The notes under the pieces are model-generated. The model was not told the origin of the DNA, made no database searches, and saw nothing but the letters and a program-made list of their open reading frames with translations. From a bacterium (GTDB taxonomy: Bacteria; Hydrothermota; DG-26; JAUXAN01): a stretch of DNA of 64,000 bases. The position numbers and the translations under genes are program-made. Positions 56,477-64,000 of this stretch are shown piece after piece (position 1 is the first letter of the stretch; each line of letters starts with the position of its first letter). The DNA lies in the NCBI GenBank assembly GCA_030619885.1, contig JAUXAN010000001.1:75474-139473 (forward strand). Reading direction: 5' to 3'.

Positions 56477-58219
56477 CTACCTTATCAATATCATCTTACT
56501 CGTATATCGAAAATCACCTGAAGACAACTGATAGAAGTAAACGCCATCTGGAACTGCTCTTCCAGATTCATCCCTGCCATTCCAGACTACTGAATACATG
56601 GAAGACCAAGGATGTTGACACGGAGTGACACGGAAAGTATGGACAAGGCGTCCGGATGTATCGTATATCTTCAAATTTACGTTATTCGTCTTTCGTTCAT
56701 CGTTCATCGAAGGTAACGAATAACTAATAACGGTGAACGAATTGAATGGATTCGGATAGTTTTGTGCAAGTTCAGTTGGAGTAGAAGGCACACCATAAAC
56801 TGTAACCATCATCGGACCCCACCAGGTTGTATTTCCATAAGCATCAACATCTCCCAATTTGTAATAGTATGTTATTCCAGCAGTGACATCGGTATCAGTA
56901 TATGAATATTCCTGAGCATATGGTGTAGAGCCTTGCGACTTGATTCTTACGACTTCTTCGTATCCGCCATCCCTTTCACTTGAACGGACAATTACCCATT
57001 CGTATGTATCGATCTCACTCTCCGTCCGCCACTTCAAGACAACCTTAGCGTTAAATGATTCACCAGTGAAGGAAGTGAGTTCTACACCCATAGAAGTAGG
57101 CGAATATTTTACAGTATAATAGTCCTCATTTCCGCCTATATACGATTGACCTGTCACGATTATGTTGCCCGACCCGTCAACTGCGACATCCCATGCTCTA
57201 TCATTATTCCCGTTATCTACTGTATCTGACCAGATTATGTTACCATCCGAGTCATACTTAACCGTATAATAGTCCCAATTTCCGCCTATATTCGAACCTC
57301 CTGTCACGATTATATTGCCCGCTCCGTCAACCGCCACTCCATTAGCATAATCATTGTTTCCATTATCTACTGTATCTGACCAGATTATGTTACCATCCGG
57401 GTCATACTTAACCGTATAATAGTCCCAATTTCCGCTTATACTCGAACCTCCTGTCACGATTATATTGCCCGCTCCGTCAACCGCCACTCCATTAGCATAG
57501 TCATTGTTTCCATTATCGATTGTATCTGCCCAGATTATGTTACCGCTCGAATTATACTTAACCGTATAATAGTCCCAATTTCCGCTTATAACCGATCTGC
57601 CTGTCACGATTATATTGCCAGCACTGTCAACCGCTACACCCAAAGCCCAATCATCGGCTCCATTATCGATTGTGTCTGCCCAGAGTATAGTCCCACCCGT
57701 ATCATACTTGACCGTATAATAATCGTAACCTACGCCTATATTCGATCTGCCTGTCACGATTATATTGTCTGCTCCATCAACTGCTACATCCCAAAACAAT
57801 TCATCGCTCCCATTATCAATTGTATCTGCCCAGATTATGGTGCCGCCCGGATCATACTTAACCGTATAACAATCCCAATTTGCGCCTGTACCAGAGCGAC
57901 CTGTCACGATTATATTGCCCGCTCTGTCAACTGCTACTCCATAACCATAATCCCAATTCCCGTTATCGATTGTATCTGTCCAGATTATGTTATCATCCGG
58001 GCCATACTTGACCGTATAATAGTCCGCGTTTCCTATATATGAAACACCTGCCACGATTATGTTGTCAACACTGTCAACTACTACACCGTAAGCTTCATCA
58101 ATACTCCCGTTATCAATTGTACCTGTCCATACTATTTTGTAATCATCTGCGTTCAGAGGTGCACTTGCAAAGGCTACGAGCGTAATTGCTAACCCACTCA
58201 AAAATTTATAGATACGCAT
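56477..58219 (-). CDS. secreted protein with eight SBBP-type beta-propeller repeats and a T9SS C-terminal sorting domain
   Basis: Start trimmed to MRIYKF (signal peptide, AGAGG RBS). Eight units of YYTVKYD..GNIIW.DT.DNG..D.A.GVAVD.AGNIIVTG.S. C-terminal NYPNPFNSFTVIS...LKIYDTSGRLV...GVYFYQL. Confidence 0.8.
   Translation of the reverse strand: MRIYKFLSGLAITLVAFASAPLNADDYKIVWTGTIDNGSIDEAYGVVVDSVDNIIVAGVSYIGNADYYTVKYGPDDNIIWTDTIDNGNWDYGYGVAVDRAGNIIVTGRSGTGANWDCYTVKYDPGGTIIWADTIDNGSDELFWDVAVDGADNIIVTGRSNIGVGYDYYTVKYDTGGTILWADTIDNGADDWALGVAVDSAGNIIVTGRSVISGNWDYYTVKYNSSGNIIWADTIDNGNNDYANGVAVDGAGNIIVTGGSSISGNWDYYTVKYDPDGNIIWSDTVDNGNNDYANGVAVDGAGNIIVTGGSNIGGNWDYYTVKYDSDGNIIWSDTVDNGNNDRAWDVAVDGSGNIIVTGQSYIGGNEDYYTVKYSPTSMGVELTSFTGESFNAKVVLKWRTESEIDTYEWVIVRSSERDGGYEEVVRIKSQGSTPYAQEYSYTDTDVTAGITYYYKLGDVDAYGNTTWWGPMMVTVYGVPSTPTELAQNYPNPFNSFTVISYSLPSMNDERKTNNVNLKIYDTSGRLVHTFRVTPCQHPWSSMYSVVWNGRDESGRAVPDGVYFYQLSSGDFRYTSKMILIR
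57034..58144 (-). repeat. eight tandem ~138-bp coding repeats (SBBP repeat units) inside the T9SS cargo gene
   Basis: Near-identical DNA blocks (e.g. ccgtataatagtcccaatttccgc...ctgtcacgattatattgcc) recur with ~138-bp periodicity. Confidence 0.8.
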
Positions 58220-58334
58220 ACTACCTCTTTTTCCCATCTCTACCTTTATATATATATATATTATAAACTGAGTATAAACGAAATGTAAATTTCTGGCAAA
58301 GAAGAGATAGCAGATAGGGGTCAACAGGCTGACC

Positions 58335-60077
58335 ATGAAGGTCTTGACACTTGATAGAAGTTTTTTAATACTGTTTGAGATGAAGTTGGTTCTGTTTTTC
58401 GCTATTTTAGCACTCTATATCTCTACACTCTGTCCCACTGTCGTGTTCATCGATTCAGGAGAGTTGACTACCGTTTCATATACCCTCGGTATTGCACACC
58501 CAACAGGTTATCCACTCTATACCATAATGGGAAGAATGTTTACTTTGATACCTTTCGGAAATGTTGCACTTAGAGTAAATCTGCTCTCTGCAATCCTCTC
58601 AGCACTTACTATTGTTATCCTTTATAGTTTAATATCGCTCTGCCTTGGAAGTTCATCTCTTTTCCCCCTTTTAGGTTCCCTGCTTTTCGCTTTCTCTTAT
58701 GTTTTCTGGCGAAACTCCACAGTGGCGGAGGTATATCCACTAACAACCTTTTTCACCGCTCTGTTACTTCTCATCTTTGTAAAATGGCAAAGAAAAAAAG
58801 AGACGCATATCTTATACCTGCTCTTCTTTCTCATCGGGCTGGCTTTCTGTAACCATCTGATAATCTTTACAGCGTCAGTGCCAGTTGCAGTCTTTGTTCT
58901 CAAAGAGAAACGCCCGCTATTCGATAAACATCTTTTTAATCTGTGCGTGTTGTTCATTTTAGGACTCTCGTTATACCTTTACCTCCCAATCCGTGCAACA
59001 AGAGAACCTCTTTTGAACTGGGGAAATCCTACGGTATTTGAAAGATTCATCTGGCATATAACAGGCAAGCAGTACAGGGTGTGGATGTTTTCCCAATCCG
59101 TACCTATTTTAGGCAAAAGGCTTTATAATTATGTAAGACTTCTTTTTGAACAGTATCCACCATATATTCTATGGATTGCTCCCTTGGGCATAATCGAGAG
59201 TGTGAGGAAGTTAAAGCTGATCGGCTGGGTAATGCTGAGCACTTTCCTGCTCAATATCTTCTATTCGATAAACTACGACATACCAGATATAGACTCTTAT
59301 TTTCTCATCTCATTTTTAATCGTATCAATATGGTTGGGGTTCGGATTTAATAGACTTTTCACCTCCATCTTCCGTTTGAAAAAATTCGCATACATTCTGT
59401 TAGGACTCTGTTTAATCCCTGCAATTAAAAATTACCCGAGGGTGAACCAGAGAAAAAATTATATCGCATACAACTATGGTATGAATGTTCTAAAATCTGT
59501 AAAGCATAACGGGATTGTCCTGACAAATCTGTGGGATATTTATTCACCCATACTCTATATAAGGTATGTAGAAAATAAAAGAAGAGATGTAGTTATGATA
59601 GATAAAGAACTGTTGAGAAGGTCGTGGTATTTCAAATATTTAAATAGAGAATACCCATGGCTGATAGAAGACTCAAAACTTGAGGTGAAAGATTACCTGA
59701 AACTATTGGATGACTTTGAACATAATAGACTGAAAGACCCTAATGAGATACAGAGAAACTTTATAAGAATGATAGACAGTTTCATCTACAAAAACATCAG
59801 TGAAAGACCTGTTTATACAACATTTGTAAATGGATATGACAGAGATATCAGAGAAATTGCACCGAGCCTCTTCAGAATACCCCACGGGTTGATTTTCCAA
59901 TTCGATTCCACCGAGTCATACACCCCTTTCTCTTACGATTCTTTTGACTTGAGTGGGATATTTGATGAATCGGTCTATAAAGACAAAAGGACAAAGATTT
60001 TAATTTCAAATTATCCGAAGATGATGAGATTGAGGGAGCTATGGCTTCAAAAAATTGGAAAATATGAAACTCATTGA
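58335..60077 (+). CDS. DUF2723-family polytopic membrane protein (GT-C-like putative glycosyltransferase)
   Basis: N-terminal TL.PTV.F.DSGE...S..LG.AHPTGYPLY...GR.F signature. At least 10 TM helices. The start may instead be at MKLVLFF. Confidence 0.65.
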   Translation: MKVLTLDRSFLILFEMKLVLFFAILALYISTLCPTVVFIDSGELTTVSYTLGIAHPTGYPLYTIMGRMFTLIPFGNVALRVNLLSAILSALTIVILYSLISLCLGSSSLFPLLGSLLFAFSYVFWRNSTVAEVYPLTTFFTALLLLIFVKWQRKKETHILYLLFFLIGLAFCNHLIIFTASVPVAVFVLKEKRPLFDKHLFNLCVLFILGLSLYLYLPIRATREPLLNWGNPTVFERFIWHITGKQYRVWMFSQSVPILGKRLYNYVRLLFEQYPPYILWIAPLGIIESVRKLKLIGWVMLSTFLLNIFYSINYDIPDIDSYFLISFLIVSIWLGFGFNRLFTSIFRLKKFAYILLGLCLIPAIKNYPRVNQRKNYIAYNYGMNVLKSVKHNGIVLTNLWDIYSPILYIRYVENKRRDVVMIDKELLRRSWYFKYLNREYPWLIEDSKLEVKDYLKLLDDFEHNRLKDPNEIQRNFIRMIDSFIYKNISERPVYTTFVNGYDRDIREIAPSLFRIPHGLIFQFDSTESYTPFSYDSFDLSGIFDESVYKDKRTKILISNYPKMMRLRELWLQKIGKYETH

Positions 60078-60224
60078 AGTATACCATAAAGCTCTTGATT
60101 TTTTTAAAATTTTTTATATCTAAATATGGAGGTAGTGTTAAAAAAATGAGCAGATGCGACTTTCGTATCGTAAAACTCGGCTCTACTCTGCGTAAGAGTA
60201 AGCCACAATGCAAAGGATGTCCCA

Positions 60225-62147
60225 TTGAAGATTTTAGATGATTTGAACCCGCCTCAGAGGGAGGCGGTTGAATACCTGGGTGGTCCCCTTTTAGTGCTTG
60301 CAGGTGCAGGGTCAGGAAAGACACGAGTGCTTACCTACAGGATTGTCTATCTGATTAGCGCAGCTAAAGTGAACCCGTGGAATATTCTTGCGGTTACATT
60401 TACAAACAAGGCGGCAGGTGAGATGAAGGAGAGGGTTGAAAAACTGATGGGATATCGCAGTAGAAATATGTGGATAGGAACATTTCATTCAAGATGTGTC
60501 CGTATGCTGAGAAAAGAATGTGAATTTTTAGGATATCCATCGAACTTTACAATCTATGATGCGGATGACCAACTCTCATTGATGAAGAAGACGCTGAAAC
60601 AGATGAATGTTTCTCACAAACAGTACCCTCCAAAATCGATTTTGGAAAAGATAAGTGGTGCAAAGACCATCCTTTTGACACCCCAAGAGTACGCATCCCA
60701 TACTAAAAGTTATTTTGAAGAGATGGTTGCAAAGATATATAAAACTTACCAGGAGAGTCTAAAAAGTTGCAATGCCTTTGACTTCGATGATTTGATATCT
60801 AAGACCGTGGAACTATTTAAAGAAAATCCAAAAATTCTTAAAAAGTATGCGAACAGGTTTAAACATGTATTGGTGGACGAGTATCAGGATACGAACTATG
60901 CACAGTATGTCCTTTTAGTGCAGTTGGCCTCTATACATAAGAATTTATGTGTAGTGGGAGATGAGGACCAATCTATCTACTCGTGGAGAGGGGCGGAGAT
61001 CAGAAATATTTTAGAATTCGAACAAGATTTTCCAGATGCAAAAGTGATAAAACTCGAGCAGAACTACAGGAGTACGAAACGGATCTTGGATGCAGCGACG
61101 AGTGTGGTCAAAAATAATATAAACAGAAAAGGGAAAATTTTGTGGACAGAGAATAAGAGAGGCGGAAAAATATATCTGTTTCATAAAAAGGATGAAAGAG
61201 AAGAGGCGAGATCCACTATAGATTTAATTCAGCACGAGATATGTCAAACAGGCAAACTGAATCTTCGCGACTTCTGTGTATTGTATCGGACAAATGCCCA
61301 GTCGAGAGCACTTGAAGAGGCTTTCAGAAGGGCTGACATACCTTACACTATAGTTGGAGGGATAAAATTTTATGAGAGAAAAGAGATTAAAGACCTGCTT
61401 GCTTATTTAAAAGTAGTGGTCAACCCAGCGGACGATGTGAGTATGAGAAGGATAGTGAATGTGCCGCCAAGGGGTATCGGAGAAACTACGACAAAAAATT
61501 TTGATACACTGATGGAGGATTTCGGGATCAGCCTTTATGAAGCGATGAGCAGAGTTGATGAGACAAGTTTACCGAATTCTAAAAAGGATAAGATAAAAAA
61601 GTTCATCAAGTTATTGAACGGTTATAGAAAATTAAAGAAGAAAGTTGATGCTTATGAACTACTTTCTAAGATAGAGAATGACATCGGTTATCTCAATATC
61701 CTTGAGAAGGAGCGAACCATAGAAGCGGAATCGAGGATTGAAAATGTTCGTGAACTTTTGGCATCGGTAAAAAACTTCACGGTAGAAGCTGATGACCCAT
61801 CGGTGGAGGCCTACATTGCAGAGGTAACCTTATTAACAGATATAGACAGGTGGGATGAGAAAAAAGATGTAGTCACATTGATGACCGCCCACAATGCTAA
61901 AGGGTTGGAATTTCCAGTGGTCTTCATAACGGGGTTAGAAGAAGGGCTCTTTCCCCACGCATCGTCTTTATATCCACCTTCTGAACTGGAAGAAGAGAGG
62001 CGGCTTTTCTATGTTGGATTAACGAGGGCAAAACGGAAGGTCTATCTATCCTATGCAGATAGAAGAAGCAGGTTCTCTGGCAGGTTTCAGTTTCCATCAC
62101 GATTTATAATGGAAATCCCGACAAATCTATTAAAATCACTGGATTGA
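60225..62147 (+). CDS. UvrD/PcrA/Rep-family ATP-dependent DNA helicase
   Basis: Motif I AGAGSGKT, II VDEYQDTN, VI VGLTRAK. TTG start with an AAAGGA RBS. 640 aa. Confidence 0.88.
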   Translation: MKILDDLNPPQREAVEYLGGPLLVLAGAGSGKTRVLTYRIVYLISAAKVNPWNILAVTFTNKAAGEMKERVEKLMGYRSRNMWIGTFHSRCVRMLRKECEFLGYPSNFTIYDADDQLSLMKKTLKQMNVSHKQYPPKSILEKISGAKTILLTPQEYASHTKSYFEEMVAKIYKTYQESLKSCNAFDFDDLISKTVELFKENPKILKKYANRFKHVLVDEYQDTNYAQYVLLVQLASIHKNLCVVGDEDQSIYSWRGAEIRNILEFEQDFPDAKVIKLEQNYRSTKRILDAATSVVKNNINRKGKILWTENKRGGKIYLFHKKDEREEARSTIDLIQHEICQTGKLNLRDFCVLYRTNAQSRALEEAFRRADIPYTIVGGIKFYERKEIKDLLAYLKVVVNPADDVSMRRIVNVPPRGIGETTTKNFDTLMEDFGISLYEAMSRVDETSLPNSKKDKIKKFIKLLNGYRKLKKKVDAYELLSKIENDIGYLNILEKERTIEAESRIENVRELLASVKNFTVEADDPSVEAYIAEVTLLTDIDRWDEKKDVVTLMTAHNAKGLEFPVVFITGLEEGLFPHASSLYPPSELEEERRLFYVGLTRAKRKVYLSYADRRSRFSGRFQFPSRFIMEIPTNLLKSLD

Positions 62148-62213
62148 AACCTGTATCCGATTGCCCAAAGATGGGCTTGACAATCTTTATAATCTGTACT
62201 ATAGGATGAAGTA

Positions 62214-63551
62214 GTGATTATATCTGTATCAGGTCTCAGAGGTATTGTAGGTGAGGATTTGACCGATGAACTCATCTTTAAATATACCCACGCCTTTGGA
62301 AACTTTTGCAATAATGGAAAGGTCGTTGTAGGAAGGGATACAAGGCCATCTGGAGAGATGGTAAAGCGCTCTTGCTTCAAAGGGTTACTCTCTGCAGGAT
62401 GTGAGGTGGTTGACCTCGGCATCCTGCCCACTCCTTCAATCTTGTTTTCTACAAAGGAATTGAGAGCGGATGGAGGCATTTCAATCACTGCATCTCATAA
62501 TCCAATCGAATGGAATGGACTCAAATTTGTAAATTCGAAGGGGCTCTTTTTGAATAAAAAAGAGTATGAAAAATTTGAAAGGATGGTTAAAGAGACCAAA
62601 GTCTTTCCTGTTTGTCTTAAGGCGACTAAAAGCATAGGTAAACCGATTGACCGCCATATCAAAAAAATCCTCTCACTTGAATATTTAGACATCCCTGCTT
62701 TAAAAAAAAGAAGATTCAAGGTTGTCATAGATACGTGCAATGGAGCAGGATATGAGATTGGTCCAAAATTACTTCAAAAACTTGGCTGTGAGGTTATTAG
62801 AATGAATTGCAACCCTTTTGAACCATTTCCAAGACCGCCAGAGCCAAACTTGGAAAATTTAATGGCTTTGAAGAGGAGAGTCATAAAAGAGAATGCGGAT
62901 GTTGGTTTTGGACTCGATCCGGATGGGGATAGACTTGCTGTATGTAGCAAGAAGGACTTCCCCTTAGGTGAGGAGTATACTGTGGTGCTTGCCGCAAGTC
63001 TGATGCTTGGTAAAAAGAAGGGATGTGTGGTCACCAATCTCTCGACTACGAAATTGATTGACGATGTGGCAACCGAGAAGGGTGCATCGGTTATTAGAAC
63101 GAGAGTCGGCGAGGCGAATGTTGTGGAGGCGATTTTGAAAAATAAGGCGATAATTGGCGGTGAAGGTAATGGAGGTGTTATCCTGCCAGATGTTCATCTA
63201 ACCCGAGATGCATCTACAGGTATGGCACTAATTCTCCAGTATATCTTGGAACGGAGAGAAAGTATAGAAAATATACTTGACAAGTTTCCGAAATATTATA
63301 TAGTAAAAAAGAAAATTTCAATTAAGACCGATCGAGTTTTGAGGCTTGGTCGGTTAAAAGAAAAATTCGGTTGTGCAGAGATAAATGAAGAAGATGGACT
63401 CAAATTCTCTTGGAAAGATTCATGGGTTCATATTAGAAAATCAGGGACAGAACCTATCATGAGAATAATAGCAGAAGCGAAGACAGAGAAAGAAGCACAG
63501 AGTCTGATAAAACAGGTTCAAAGTTATTTGAACTTGGCACCACGAGATTAA
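62214..63551 (+). CDS. glmM: phosphoglucosamine mutase
   Basis: Active-site ITASHNP, GEGNGG and the GLD.DGDR metal loop. 445 aa. Adjacent to glmS. GTG start. Confidence 0.85.
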   Translation: MIISVSGLRGIVGEDLTDELIFKYTHAFGNFCNNGKVVVGRDTRPSGEMVKRSCFKGLLSAGCEVVDLGILPTPSILFSTKELRADGGISITASHNPIEWNGLKFVNSKGLFLNKKEYEKFERMVKETKVFPVCLKATKSIGKPIDRHIKKILSLEYLDIPALKKRRFKVVIDTCNGAGYEIGPKLLQKLGCEVIRMNCNPFEPFPRPPEPNLENLMALKRRVIKENADVGFGLDPDGDRLAVCSKKDFPLGEEYTVVLAASLMLGKKKGCVVTNLSTTKLIDDVATEKGASVIRTRVGEANVVEAILKNKAIIGGEGNGGVILPDVHLTRDASTGMALILQYILERRESIENILDKFPKYYIVKKKISIKTDRVLRLGRLKEKFGCAEINEEDGLKFSWKDSWVHIRKSGTEPIMRIIAEAKTEKEAQSLIKQVQSYLNLAPRD

Positions 63552-63712
63552 CACGAAATTTAGAGGTTACGTTTATGGGTTACGGTTAGGAAGCCCGTAT
63601 CGTGGAACGGCTAACGGTTACGAATATGAGAACAAAAAAGACGAATCCCGTCTTCAATGGACGAAACGGGCATCGTAACCGATTAACTTAACCGAATGAC
63701 AGTAATTGAATT
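63552..63712 (+). other. structured 161-nt glmM-glmS spacer / glmS leader with GGTTACG heptamer repeats
   Basis: GGTTACG occurs three times directly, plus one inverted cgtaacc. An ACGAatCCCGT...ACGGGcaTCGT hairpin. Not a glmS ribozyme, because the conserved ribozyme core segments are absent. Confidence 0.35.
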
Positions 63713-64000
63713 ATGTGTGGAATAGTAGGATATATAGGCGATAAGAATGTCGACGCTGTAATTTTAGTTGGTCTTGAGAAATTAGAATACAGAGGCTATG
63801 ATTCAGCAGGGGTTGCTACAATCTCAAAGGGTGAACTCGGTATCAGAAAGATAGTGGGCAAAATCTGGAGACTTGCAGGACTGCTCAATCAAAAACCCCT
63901 CGGTGGGAATGTCGGAATCGGTCACACAAGATGGGCAACACACGGTGAACCCACGAGACTGAATGCACACCCCCATGTAGACTGCAATCGCAGAATATCA
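63713..64000 (+). CDS. glmS: glutamine--fructose-6-phosphate aminotransferase, 3' end beyond the window
   Basis: MCGIVGYIG N-terminal nucleophile Cys, then RGYDSAG. ORF runs off the window edge. Confidence 0.9.
   Translation, partial: MCGIVGYIGDKNVDAVILVGLEKLEYRGYDSAGVATISKGELGIRKIVGKIWRLAGLLNQKPLGGNVGIGHTRWATHGEPTRLNAHPHVDCNRRIS

Noticed and set aside
63552-63712. glmS ribozyme upstream of glmS
   Set aside because: The conserved core segments of the ribozyme are absent. Only generic hairpins and GGTTACG repeats are present.

Overview
This 64-kb window comes from an AT-rich bacterium that is apparently diderm. It carries LPS-heptose genes (gmhB, a waaF-like heptosyltransferase) and two secreted proteins with T9SS C-terminal sorting domains, which fits an FCB-superphylum-like lineage. 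No tRNA or rRNA genes were found.

Most of the window is core housekeeping. It includes the MEP pathway and lipid genes (dxs, a larA-like gene, dxr, cdsA, uppS). It also holds acpP-fabF-rnc-nadB and rpsU-mutS2-dnaG-rpoD. Further along are rpsF-ssb-rpsR-rplI, ychF, an H+-pyrophosphatase, ugd-uxs-GT4 (UDP-xylose synthesis) and glmM-glmS.

The accessory content is concentrated in three places:
- At 18.7-20.9 kb there is a Type II restriction-modification pair. Its methyltransferase has an N-terminal RadC-type helix-hairpin-helix domain, which is unusual.
- At 40.1-42.9 kb there is an ECF sigma, anti-sigma, DUF4097 lipoprotein and PDZ protein module.
- At 43.0-49.4 kb there is a repeat-dense island. 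It contains a tripartite toxin-antitoxin-chaperone (TAC) operon (hicA, hicB, SecB-like), a GIY-YIG nuclease, several unknowns and a probable PIN-toxin gene fragment.

Small GC-rich palindromic repeats built around GGATCCGTATGG or CCGTACGG cores recur in the intergenic regions. At 55.9-56.4 kb one of these elements is inserted inside another: a 207-bp MITE with 17/18-bp terminal inverted repeats and a 5-bp TCAAG target-site duplication. Its unoccupied site is visible in a paralogous copy at 48.7 kb. A separate direct-repeat motif, AATCTG(T/C)G, sits just upstream of the -35 box of at least six promoters.
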